Sequence record: NC_041911.1
DNA: 64,000 bases
Strand: one strand, 5' to 3'
In this document: piece after piece, positions 28,860 to 37,945 of the stretch
How positions within the stretch are numbered: the first letter of the stretch is position 1
Layout: each line of letters begins with the position of its first letter
Translations under genes and position numbers: made by a program
Notes under the pieces: generated by a model
What the model saw: only the letters and a program-made list of their open reading frames with translations
Told to the model about the DNA's origin: nothing
Database searches by the model: none

Positions 28860-29474
28860 CTAGAACTTGTTGCAGAAAACAGTCGCGTACAGCTCATCGA
28901 GCTTGGCGCGCTGTTCCGGCGTGTAGACATCGTTGCCACCGAAGATGGTGTCGGCCAGAGTGATCGGCAGGGGAGGCCACTCGGTGATCGTTTCCGGTAC
29001 TTCCAGATCGATCTTGACCCAGTCCTTCGGATTGCCTTGGGCATCGATGAAGACATCCACTTCCCACTTCAGGTCAGTGCCTTCGATCGGGAAGGTGTAA
29101 CGGATCTTATCCATCGACTCGCCAGTGATCAGGCGGAAGACTTCGTGCAGATCCTTGGAGACGGGCACGGATACTTCATCGCACTCCCCGCGACCAGTGT
29201 AGGCCTTGCCAGTCAGGGTGTAACGTACCTGGCCCATGCCGTTAGTTTCACGGACACGGATCGTACCGCCCTTGCCTTTGAGCGAGGATTGCTTCTGGGT
29301 TTCTTGGGAGACCGCTTTCTGCAGCTCTTCCGGATTGGTCAGACGACCGTACCAGACGTACTCTTTTTCTTTGGCTTTCTCGCCGTTTTCGAGATCTTCC
29401 AGCGCAACGTTCAGCAGACCGAAAGACAGAGATGCCAGTCCGAGCGGGGACTGAGTCAGGATGTTGGTTTTCAT
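28860..29474 (-). CDS. CYTH-like (triphosphate tunnel metalloenzyme) protein
   Basis: EKEY (ExE), IRVR, YTLTGK, DEV, KIRY, WEVDVF, IDLEV pattern. Confidence 0.7.
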   Translation of the reverse strand: MKTNILTQSPLGLASLSFGLLNVALEDLENGEKAKEKEYVWYGRLTNPEELQKAVSQETQKQSSLKGKGGTIRVRETNGMGQVRYTLTGKAYTGRGECDEVSVPVSKDLHEVFRLITGESMDKIRYTFPIEGTDLKWEVDVFIDAQGNPKDWVKIDLEVPETITEWPPLPITLADTIFGGNDVYTPEQRAKLDELYATVFCNKF

Positions 29475-29576
29475 AGTGAGGAATAGGTGCATGGAGTAAG
29501 ACATAAAAATAGGCACCGGCATAAAAAGCCTACTAAGGCACCCGAAAGCACCCTAGTAGGCGTTCACGTCTACCCA

Positions 29577-29858
29577 TTACGAACTCAGCACAAACCGCAT
29601 GAAGTCGAAGGTGGCTTTGAGCATTTCACCGACGAAGGTGGTGTTCAAATCCTTTTCCTTGACAACGGCAGCGTAAATCAGTGCCATGACGCTCGATCCG
29701 AAGACGAAGATGAAGGTCAAGGTAAATGCCTTAACCAGCCAAGTCTTCAGACTACGAGCTTCACGGCGTTCTTCGAGTGCTTCTTCAACAGCGGCTTCCG
29801 CAGCCGTAGTGGCGTGGGTTACCGGCAGGACGTCGGGCTTGTTTTCTTCAGCAGACAT
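29577..29858 (-). CDS. Small membrane protein, holin candidate
   Basis: 93 aa with a hydrophobic segment, immediately downstream of the spanin-like pair. Confidence 0.45.
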   Translation of the reverse strand: MSAEENKPDVLPVTHATTAAEAAVEEALEERREARSLKTWLVKAFTLTFIFVFGSSVMALIYAAVVKEKDLNTTFVGEMLKATFDFMRFVLSS

Positions 29859-29908
29859 ACGCTTTCCCTCTCAGAAATCCTACACAAAATAGAGCGTAGG
29901 GCTAAGAG

Positions 29909-30247
29909 TTAGTTCGTGGGGGCTGTTGCTGCCGGCGCCGAGGCAGCCGGATCGTAGATCTTGGCTTGCTTGCCGGACCAATCACGAATCCCGAGCAGGC
30001 GGGTATTGGCCACGCCCAGTTCGGAAGTCCGTGCCTGGATCACGTCCATCAGAGCAGTTTCCTTCTGATCGCAGGTGTATTTGCTGTACGTGTCAGGATC
30101 AGGCGGTGCAGACAGACTTACGCGTTCAGTCAGTTCCATCGGAACAGGAATGAACTTGTAGAGGATCACCGGTTGTTGGTCTTGCGGGGTGGTAGCGCAG
30201 CCCGCCAGACCGAGGGCCAGCGCGAGCGCGATGATTATTGTTTTCAT
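29909..30247 (-). CDS. Outer-membrane lipoprotein, o-spanin (Rz1-like)
   Basis: MKTIIIALALALGLAGC lipobox; Pro-rich segment; follows the i-spanin-like gene. Confidence 0.7.
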   Translation of the reverse strand: MKTIIIALALALGLAGCATTPQDQQPVILYKFIPVPMELTERVSLSAPPDPDTYSKYTCDQKETALMDVIQARTSELGVANTRLLGIRDWSGKQAKIYDPAASAPAATAPTN

Positions 30248-30262
30248 GATGGTCCACCTTCG

Positions 30263-30727
30263 TTATTTGGCGCAAGCCGTGACCTGCGGCTCCTGCAGGC
30301 AGTAGGTCAACCACAAACCTTTCGCACGTTCGAGAGAAATCTCGGTTGCCTTGCGTTGGTCATTGGCCGTAGTGTGTGGCAACGCATCGTACTTTTTGTT
30401 GATGGCGCCGAGTTTGCCTTCGACATACTGCTGCGCCTTGGTCTTGGCTTCGACAGGTTTGGCTTCAGCAGCCTTGGTAACGGTCTTCACCGACTCGGTA
30501 ACGCCGTCGCTCTTGACCTTGTCGACAGCGTCTTTCTTCAGCTGCTTGATCTGGCCGTCTTTGTCCTTGATCTGGTCATCCTTTTGTTGGATGGTGGCGA
30601 TCTGTTCATCGATGCGCTTGTTCTTGGCGTCGATGATCTTGAAGTTGGCGTAGACCGCACCTACGCAGGCAAGCGCGAGCAAACCGCGAAGCAGCCAGCG
30701 AGTGGCGAATTCGGAGAGTCCGAACAT
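30263..30727 (-). CDS. Inner-membrane spanin (Rz-like)
   Basis: N-terminal TM helix, coiled coil (IQQKDDQIKDKDGQIKQL), two C-terminal Cys; start MFGLSE. Confidence 0.7.
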   Translation of the reverse strand: MFGLSEFATRWLLRGLLALACVGAVYANFKIIDAKNKRIDEQIATIQQKDDQIKDKDGQIKQLKKDAVDKVKSDGVTESVKTVTKAAEAKPVEAKTKAQQYVEGKLGAINKKYDALPHTTANDQRKATEISLERAKGLWLTYCLQEPQVTACAK

Positions 30728-30801
30728 GATGGAATTCCTTGCAAAAAAAAAATAAAGAAGGGATGGGATGGAGCCCAGTCTAGCTGGGCCCCATAGATTA
30801 C

Positions 30802-31395
30802 TTACTCTTCGCAGAGCTTCTTCCACTTGTAATAAGCGATAGCGCCACTGTCAGTCGAGTGTTCATCGAGTTCTGCGAATTCTGCTGCAGAATGAGCTGC
30901 ATCGAACTTGGGTAGGATGAGTTTCTTGAGACACTCATGGACTTTCGTCTTACTCTTCATGTCCTCCTTACCCACAATACCTACAGCCTTCTTAGCCGTA
31001 GGCGGATCGACAAGGTCGAGTTGCATGGTGGGATCGTACTTACGTACAGCCATGCGAATGCCGAATACCACCTCCGTGAGCACCGCAAACGCCTGCGGAA
31101 ACCTCCGCTTGAGAAAGGGCGACTCGGAGATGATGAAGTTCGGACGAACGTTCAGGAACACGTTGTACAGTGCCTCCGACAGTTCAATGATGCGTGCGTA
31201 ACGCTCACTGTGGTTAAGCACGGTCAAATCATCCAACCGCATCTTATCGGCATTGAACGTATACGCACACAGACGCAGGATTTCCATCGTACGCACGTCG
31301 TATTCGAGCAACGTGCAACCCAGGGTCGTAGACCCCGGGTCGATCCCAACAATGCGACCGATATGGTCATCGGGTTCGCAGTTATTGGTGAACAT
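30802..31395 (-). CDS. ruvC: RuvC-like Holliday junction resolvase
   Basis: IVGIDPG, ISESPF, PPTAKKAVG..K, EHSTDSGAIA. Confidence 0.9.
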   Translation of the reverse strand: MFTNNCEPDDHIGRIVGIDPGSTTLGCTLLEYDVRTMEILRLCAYTFNADKMRLDDLTVLNHSERYARIIELSEALYNVFLNVRPNFIISESPFLKRRFPQAFAVLTEVVFGIRMAVRKYDPTMQLDLVDPPTAKKAVGIVGKEDMKSKTKVHECLKKLILPKFDAAHSAAEFAELDEHSTDSGAIAYYKWKKLCEE

Positions 31396-31403
31396 ACGAA
31401 TCC

Positions 31404-32288
31404 TTACGGCGTGGTCAGGCCATTGGTGATGCTGCCATCAACCGCCGACAGAGCGTACAGCGGTTCATTGACACCAACGTCCATCTCGATCGATACACCG
31501 GTGTTGGTTTGCAGCAGCGGGTTGTAGACGGCCACGTGAGCAGCAATCTGGCAACCAATCACTTCTGCGAACTGGAACGAACCACCACCATAAGCCGGTG
31601 CGTTGATCATCTTGTCAACGCCAGTGCACAGACCCAGTTCCGATACGATCGCATAGCGCTCGTCGTCGTAGATCACCTTGGCCACGTTCAGCATTTCAGC
31701 CACGTCCTGTTCGGTCATGGCGATCTGCATACGAGCACGGGCCGACACGTAGTCAGCATTGATCACGTTGGTCGCAGTGTTGGAAAGTTGCTGCGGCGTC
31801 GGCGTCAGGTTAGCCTGCGTCGGCACGAAGTTGGTGACGGTAGCGATACCGTCTTGCACCTGGGTGTAGTACATGCCCACCGACAGGTTGCTCTTGTCCA
31901 GACGACGACCGTAGTAAGCGTAGTACACCACGCCATTGCGGGTTTCTTGACGACGCAGAACATACTTGGCGCGATCAATGGCGGTCAGGTCTTGGTTGAC
32001 TTCGCGCAGCACGAAAGGCAGCTGACCAAACAGGCCGGCGTCGGTAGCGCGGTGTTGTACCACTTCGTTGAGCGCGATACCGTCGGTGCCTACGATCATC
32101 GAGTGACCACGGTTACCCCAGACGTAGTAGCCCAGACTCGGGCGATCGTCCACAGCCGGCAGAGTGTCCTTCTGAACACTCAGGTATTCGTTCAGTGTCG
32201 TGTACTGCGGATAGGTCTGCGGCAGGCCCAGCAGCAGGCTGGTCATGACATCGGCGCCGTAAACGGTACGGGTTACGTTATTGTCCAC
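31404..32288 (-). CDS. Virion structural protein (baseplate region)
   Basis: 294 aa, next to the large structural gene and portal, as in phiKZ gp127-129 order. Confidence 0.6.
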   Translation of the reverse strand: MDNNVTRTVYGADVMTSLLLGLPQTYPQYTTLNEYLSVQKDTLPAVDDRPSLGYYVWGNRGHSMIVGTDGIALNEVVQHRATDAGLFGQLPFVLREVNQDLTAIDRAKYVLRRQETRNGVVYYAYYGRRLDKSNLSVGMYYTQVQDGIATVTNFVPTQANLTPTPQQLSNTATNVINADYVSARARMQIAMTEQDVAEMLNVAKVIYDDERYAIVSELGLCTGVDKMINAPAYGGGSFQFAEVIGCQIAAHVAVYNPLLQTNTGVSIEMDVGVNEPLYALSAVDGSITNGLTTP

Positions 32289-32366
32289 TTGAAATCCTCA
32301 AATCTTAAATAGGAAGGAGGTTGGCCGGCGCTATGTCCGGCCACTACACAATAAAAGGGCGTGTAA

Positions 32367-34613
32367 TTACTGACTTGACACTGCCCAAGTATCGACGTAA
32401 CTGGCCAGTTGGGTATCCAGCGGCAGTGCTAGGAACTTCTCCATACCAGGAACAATGGTGAGGTTACGCGGGTTGCTCACACCAGTCATGTCAACCAAAC
32501 AGTCGTAGGTGTTTTCGACTTCTAAGCGACGACCGATACGCATAAACGGAATAGGATTCCCGTTGTCATCTTTTCTAGCACGACCAAACTCCGCGTTCGG
32601 TAGATTAACCGGCATGCTCCGTGAAGTATCGCGACGATTGACATACATCACCGGAAACTTATTGATGTCCAGCAACCGTTCAGCAAAACCTTGCGTCGAG
32701 ATATCAGACGGCTCGACAAACGGAGTGTCCATGTAAATCCGCTGACTCGTATTGAGATCGAGATCATCCAGACGAACCTGGGTAAAGCCCGCATTCAGCA
32801 CCGGTCCCGTGTTGATGTTCAGGCCGATTTGGATACTGTAGCTCGACAGATCAGTCAGAATACCAGCCATAGCGCGCTGGATATCCTTGAGCGTAATCGT
32901 TGCGTTCAGATTCGCACCGGTGGCTTCCGCTAGGATGATGTTGGCGACCTCCAACAGCTGAGTGTTGTTCAGATCCTTGATCACAATGTTGCGGGAAGCG
33001 AACCACTCCGCGTAATTCTGATTCGGATGATCACCAATCGTGAACTTCTCATCACCCCAGAGCCGTGCTACCGCAGCTTCTTTCTGACCGCGAGCCGTCA
33101 TGCCCTCTTCCAGTGCTGTCAGGCCGTACTGCTCGTTTGCAGCGTTGAAGAGATTCACGCAGTGGCGACGGAAAGACTCCACCGAGATCATCGGCGTAAC
33201 TGGCGGCATCGTAGCACGAGCCGCAGCCAGCCAACCATCCGGTACAAACTTCGGCTGACACACTTGACGCATGGAGTCCAGCGAAGCCAGCGGGATTCGC
33301 ATCACACGGTTCGCATATACCGTCGGCAGGTTATCGATCTCGAAACCCAGACCCTTCATGAACGCATAAGCGTAGAAAGCAAAAGCATCGATTGGCGACA
33401 ATGACAGCCGGACACCAGTCGACGGAATCGTGAAGTTGATGTAGGCTTGGTAGTAACCTTTATAAGCCAGCCACAACCAGTGTTGTAGAACGATATCGGC
33501 CATCCGATACTTCTCGGAGTCCGTGTAGTCCACCACGGTCGATTGCAACAGCTTGGTCGGGACATGCGGCAGCAATGTGTAAGTCGCGGTCTCTTCAATC
33601 TTCGGCTGTTCGTCGTCACGGTAATCGTGGTTGATCGGATTGATCAGGTCCTCGATATCCAGCACCTCGTTCAGACTGTAATGGTCTTTGTTGTCGATGT
33701 TGGCCGAAGTATTGAGCGGCTTCTTCTCGAATACCACCAGCGGCAACAGACTTTCAGTCGGCATCAGTTCAGACGAATGCAGCAACGAGAAATGCCCCAT
33801 CGGCAAACGACGCTCCGTGAACGTGCGCTGTAGCAGCTCATCGAAGATTTCCTGACGACCGTTGTTGTTCTCGATAAAGGCCAGATTGTGATAGAAGAAC
33901 ATCGCCTGGCTGCGAGACATATATGGCAGGTACTTATCGAGCTTGGAGTGGCTGGCCAGATACTGCTGCACGTGGTAGCTGTGCACCTCATGCGTAAACG
34001 TCATGCTGGCTCGGATGTTCTCGATGGCACCGGGTAACGATGCATACAGCACCGCCAACATCCCGGTCAGGTACAGGTTGTCGGTGTTCTGGTATTGGAT
34101 GTTGTTCCAACGACGATAGAAGCCATTGATCCAATCTTGCAGCGCCGGAATCAGACTCGGTTCGTTGTCTTCTACCAGACTAGCCGGGTAAGCGAGGATC
34201 TGGCCGTCGTATGCAGCAATAGCCGTCGCCATATCAGCTGGATACAGAATCCCTCGAATCAGGTTTTCCTGATCGGGGTACTTCTCGACCAATTCTTTGT
34301 AGTATGTTGTGCCAAAGGCATAAGCCTTCTTTGTGGCGCGGTGAAATTCCAGATTTTCCTTGGAAAAGATGATCTCCTCCAAGCTATCGAGCGAGGTAAT
34401 GGACATTACTTCGTCGCTTGCAAAATACTGACCAGTAATGTTCAGGTAGTATTTCCAAGTGCTGGGGTCGAGTTCGTCATAACTCGCATTCGTGTACGTC
34501 AACACCCATTGGTTAATCGACTTCGCCGCGTCCTCGCATTTCAACACGATGCTGGAAGCCAAATCGAAAATGTCATTGACGTAGATTTGGTAGTATTTGT
34601 TTTCCACTTCCAT
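32367..34613 (-). CDS. Virion structural / baseplate protein (phiKZ gp128-like)
   Basis: 748 aa, WKYYLNITGQY motif, divergent from the portal gene. Confidence 0.65.
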   Translation of the reverse strand: MEVENKYYQIYVNDIFDLASSIVLKCEDAAKSINQWVLTYTNASYDELDPSTWKYYLNITGQYFASDEVMSITSLDSLEEIIFSKENLEFHRATKKAYAFGTTYYKELVEKYPDQENLIRGILYPADMATAIAAYDGQILAYPASLVEDNEPSLIPALQDWINGFYRRWNNIQYQNTDNLYLTGMLAVLYASLPGAIENIRASMTFTHEVHSYHVQQYLASHSKLDKYLPYMSRSQAMFFYHNLAFIENNNGRQEIFDELLQRTFTERRLPMGHFSLLHSSELMPTESLLPLVVFEKKPLNTSANIDNKDHYSLNEVLDIEDLINPINHDYRDDEQPKIEETATYTLLPHVPTKLLQSTVVDYTDSEKYRMADIVLQHWLWLAYKGYYQAYINFTIPSTGVRLSLSPIDAFAFYAYAFMKGLGFEIDNLPTVYANRVMRIPLASLDSMRQVCQPKFVPDGWLAAARATMPPVTPMISVESFRRHCVNLFNAANEQYGLTALEEGMTARGQKEAAVARLWGDEKFTIGDHPNQNYAEWFASRNIVIKDLNNTQLLEVANIILAEATGANLNATITLKDIQRAMAGILTDLSSYSIQIGLNINTGPVLNAGFTQVRLDDLDLNTSQRIYMDTPFVEPSDISTQGFAERLLDINKFPVMYVNRRDTSRSMPVNLPNAEFGRARKDDNGNPIPFMRIGRRLEVENTYDCLVDMTGVSNPRNLTIVPGMEKFLALPLDTQLASYVDTWAVSSQ

Positions 34614-34641
34614 CCACCTATTCAGTTCGCAGGATTCTTAA

Positions 34642-37506
34642 ATGTCTAAAGGTAACGAAAATTTCGCCCATGTCGTGAGTCTTCACGAAAGCAGGAAACG
34701 AGTGCCTGTCTTGCAGCTGGTACGAGACAAACCGCTGTCGGCACTGCTGTCGAAAGCTGTTGACCCCACGATCCCGGTCCAGCATACGGCCAACGGAACT
34801 CGTAAAGTCGAAGCACCCAGCTTGGGTGCGTTGCACAACATTGCGTCCCGTACGGCTAATAACATCTCGCACGCCGACACCGTGATGCAGATGCTGCCGG
34901 ACATGCAGCTCGGCGCACAAATTCTGGTCAGCTCGGTGATGGCACCGAAGGACATGATGACGTTGGAGCTGTCGTACTCGACGACTCCCGGCATACTGCC
35001 TCCGACGGTCCTGGCTACGGTCACCCAGGCCGTGCGCGATCATTTCGATAGCGTCTATAAAATTAAGAACAAGATTCCTCGTGTTCTGCACGAGATTCTG
35101 TTCGAGAAGGGTTCGCACGTTGTCGCTGTGATTCCTGAGAACTCCATCGACGAGATGATCAACCGCAGCAACGCGATCTCGATGGAAGCCTTCCAAGAAG
35201 CCCTCGGTGTTCCGCGCGGCACACCGCTGTCGGCTAAAGATGCACTCGGCGCAGGCCTGGGCTTCCTCGGCGCTGGTTCCGGTGGCTATAAGGAAGGCAC
35301 CAAGACCAAGACTCGTCCTGGTTTGGAATCCATGACCTTCGGCGTTGGCATCGAGAGTCTGGAAAGCACATACCAGTCGTACTCGGTCAACCAGCACGAA
35401 TTCTCGCAGGCAGTGCATTACGAGTCTTCTGACGGTAAGTTCTCGGCTCTGGAAGGTCTGTACGTGACGGATAACCCGAACGTGCTGCGTATTCCGAAGA
35501 TCGAGGAGAAGCTGCGTCGTGACACGATCAATGCCAAGATGCGCTTCAACAACACCTCGCTGGCATTGGAAGCGTTGGGTGCTAGTCAGATCAAGCTCGA
35601 TGACCGCAGCCTGAAGAACTTGATCTACAAGCCACGTAAGCGTGGTGTAGAGCCACTGCAAGCTTTCAAGACCGAAAATCAGCTGAACCGTCGTTCGGTG
35701 GGTCATCCGCTGGTGATGGAGTTGCCTCCGGAGTCTGTGATTCCGGTATGTACACCAGGTCAGGAAGATCGCCACGTTGGCTACTTCGTGTTGCTGGATC
35801 AAACTGGTAACCCGGTCAAGGCCATGAACGAGAAAGACTCGTTCGGTGAGATGTCGGCTAAGCTGATGAAGGCGTCGAATCAGACGACCAACATTGTCAA
35901 CCGGTTGCGTCAACTGACGGAAGGCCTGCAGTGTTCGGAACAGGAATACACGGACGTGATGGTGCGTGTGTATGCTGATATGGTGGAGCAAGACCTGCTC
36001 GCCCGGCTGCGTAACGGCGTCTATGCGAACTCGGTGTCGCTGGCCAAGAACACAGACTACTACCGCGTGATGTTGTCGCGTGTATTGGCTCAACAGAGCA
36101 CCACGATCCTGTTCATGCCGGCAGATATGGTGACTTACTTCGCCCGTAAGTACAACCAATACGGCATCGGTGTCTCCATTCTCGATGAGATGAAGATCCT
36201 GAGCAACATGCGTGCAATCGCGATGATGGGTAACACCATCCTCGGCATCAAGAACTCGATTCCGCGTACTCAGGTAAGTCTGCAGATCGACGAGACCGAT
36301 CCTGATCCGTACAAGACGTCGGAAGTGGTGCTGAACGAAATCGCTCGCATCAACCAGACTGCTGTGCCGTTCGGTGCTTCGGCTCCGGTGGACATTGCCG
36401 ACTACTTCCAGCGCGCACAGTACCAAGTGCGCGTAACCGGTCACCCTGCCATTCCGGAAACGAACATCGAGTACGAGGAGAAAAGCTCCAACTACCAGAA
36501 GGTCGATACGGATCTGGAAAAGAGCCTGCAGGAGCGTGCGCTGATGGCGATGGGCCTGAATGCCGACCACATCAACAACGGCTTCAATCAGGAGACCGCA
36601 ACTTCGGTTGTGGCCAACAACCTGATGCTCTCGCGCCGCGTGATGACCATTCAGGATCAGGTCAATCCGCACATCACGGACTACCATCGCAAGATCATCC
36701 GTGCAGATGAAATCCTTCAGGAAGAACTGCGTGAGATTCTGTTCAACGCTTACGACGAACTCGAAGTTGATGAGGAAGAAATCGCTAAGGCGCTGGGTGA
36801 AGAGCATAAAGCAAACATCAAGCAACTCGTGATTCACCACATCATCAACGATTTCGTGGAAGGTCTGGAAGTGACCCTGCCGCGCCCGAATACGGCGACG
36901 GTTGACAACCAGATGACTGCGCTGAATAACTACACCGATCTGCTCGACAAAGCAATCGAAGCCTACCTGTCGGAAGACTTCTTCACTGATGAACTCGGCG
37001 GCGAACTCAGCCGTAACGTCGATAGCATCAAGAAGATGATCCGCGCACACTTCATCCGTCAGTTCATGGCGGAGAATGCAATCCTGCCTGAATTGGCAGC
37101 GATGGTGACTCTGAACGAGCAGGACGAGCCGGAAATCAACCTGTGGGAAACTCAGGCTGAGCTGATGAAGAAACTGATGTTGACCTTGTCTGGTTTCATG
37201 AAGAAGATTCAGAAGACTAAGCAAGACACCAACGAAGTGATGGATCGTCTGAATCAGACGTCTGGCGATCCTGATGGTGGTAGTGGCGGTGGAAGCGATT
37301 GGGGCGGTGGAGGCAGTAGCGAAACCGAGCCCGATGGTGGCGCGGCAGGTTCCGATCCGCTCGGCGGTGATGGTATGGACTTCCCGGGTCTGGACGATCC
37401 TACCTTGACTGATGGTGCCGATGCTGGCGCTGGTGCTGGTGCTGGTGGTGAACCGGAAGCTCCTAAAGGTCCGGAAGCTCCTGAGTCTGAGGAACCGACG
37501 CTATGA
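34642..37506 (+). CDS. Portal protein (phiKZ gp129-like)
   Basis: 954 aa, QMLPDMQLG..ILVSSVMAP, cluster of protease sites, Gly/acidic low-complexity tail, synteny. Confidence 0.7.
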   Translation: MSKGNENFAHVVSLHESRKRVPVLQLVRDKPLSALLSKAVDPTIPVQHTANGTRKVEAPSLGALHNIASRTANNISHADTVMQMLPDMQLGAQILVSSVMAPKDMMTLELSYSTTPGILPPTVLATVTQAVRDHFDSVYKIKNKIPRVLHEILFEKGSHVVAVIPENSIDEMINRSNAISMEAFQEALGVPRGTPLSAKDALGAGLGFLGAGSGGYKEGTKTKTRPGLESMTFGVGIESLESTYQSYSVNQHEFSQAVHYESSDGKFSALEGLYVTDNPNVLRIPKIEEKLRRDTINAKMRFNNTSLALEALGASQIKLDDRSLKNLIYKPRKRGVEPLQAFKTENQLNRRSVGHPLVMELPPESVIPVCTPGQEDRHVGYFVLLDQTGNPVKAMNEKDSFGEMSAKLMKASNQTTNIVNRLRQLTEGLQCSEQEYTDVMVRVYADMVEQDLLARLRNGVYANSVSLAKNTDYYRVMLSRVLAQQSTTILFMPADMVTYFARKYNQYGIGVSILDEMKILSNMRAIAMMGNTILGIKNSIPRTQVSLQIDETDPDPYKTSEVVLNEIARINQTAVPFGASAPVDIADYFQRAQYQVRVTGHPAIPETNIEYEEKSSNYQKVDTDLEKSLQERALMAMGLNADHINNGFNQETATSVVANNLMLSRRVMTIQDQVNPHITDYHRKIIRADEILQEELREILFNAYDELEVDEEEIAKALGEEHKANIKQLVIHHIINDFVEGLEVTLPRPNTATVDNQMTALNNYTDLLDKAIEAYLSEDFFTDELGGELSRNVDSIKKMIRAHFIRQFMAENAILPELAAMVTLNEQDEPEINLWETQAELMKKLMLTLSGFMKKIQKTKQDTNEVMDRLNQTSGDPDGGSGGGSDWGGGGSSETEPDGGAAGSDPLGGDGMDFPGLDDPTLTDGADAGAGAGAGGEPEAPKGPEAPESEEPTL

Positions 37507-37727
37507 GTGCGGTCGCCCTTCTTCTAGGATCGATCTTCCTGTTCCTAGGTATCCGTATTTCCATGGATGCGAAGGTACTCCACATGTTGGGGTTCCGGCG
37601 TGAAGGGAAATGGATGGCCCATGCAGCTTTGGCAATGGCTGTGTTGGGATTCGTGTTTTGGAATGCTGGATCGCCCAAACCGAGTATCGTCACTGCTTCT
37701 GCGTCTGAAACCTATTTGCTTAGGTGA
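37503..37727 (+). CDS. Small membrane protein
   Basis: ATGA overlap with portal; two hydrophobic segments. Confidence 0.5.
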   Translation: MSAVALLLGSIFLFLGIRISMDAKVLHMLGFRREGKWMAHAALAMAVLGFVFWNAGSPKPSIVTASASETYLLR

Positions 37728-37754
37728 AGGCAAAAAAAAAGATGACGACATAAG

Positions 37755-37784
37755 AGCGAGAGGACCCATCAGGGTCCTCTCGCT
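37755..37784. terminator. Bidirectional terminator
   Basis: 13-bp stem AGCGAGAGGACCC/GGGTCCTCTCGCT flanked by ACATAAG and TTTTATGCC. Confidence 0.8.
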
Positions 37785-37945
37785 TTTTATGCCGCCACTC
37801 AAAGATTGGCTTTTCCCCTAAAGGGATTGGGTGGAAGAGTACAACTGGATGGTGGTGGAACTCCTAATGGGTTAGGGCTAGCGTAAATCCATCCGGAACT
37901 AAGGCAGGCTCCTACACCCGTCATCCTACCTTAGTTCTCTTTTAT

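Noticed and set aside
34618-37224. 868-aa antisense ORF over the portal, and similar long antisense ORFs (4066-5649, 9811-10941, 19008-20594, 38276-40081, 40100-41866, 43425-45605)
   Set aside because: Shadow frames caused by the strong codon bias of the real genes; no RBS or motifs, and they overlap confidently assigned genes.
37255-37503. Gly/Ala/acidic repeats at the portal C-terminus
   Set aside because: A low-complexity disordered tail within a coding region, not a separate DNA repeat element.
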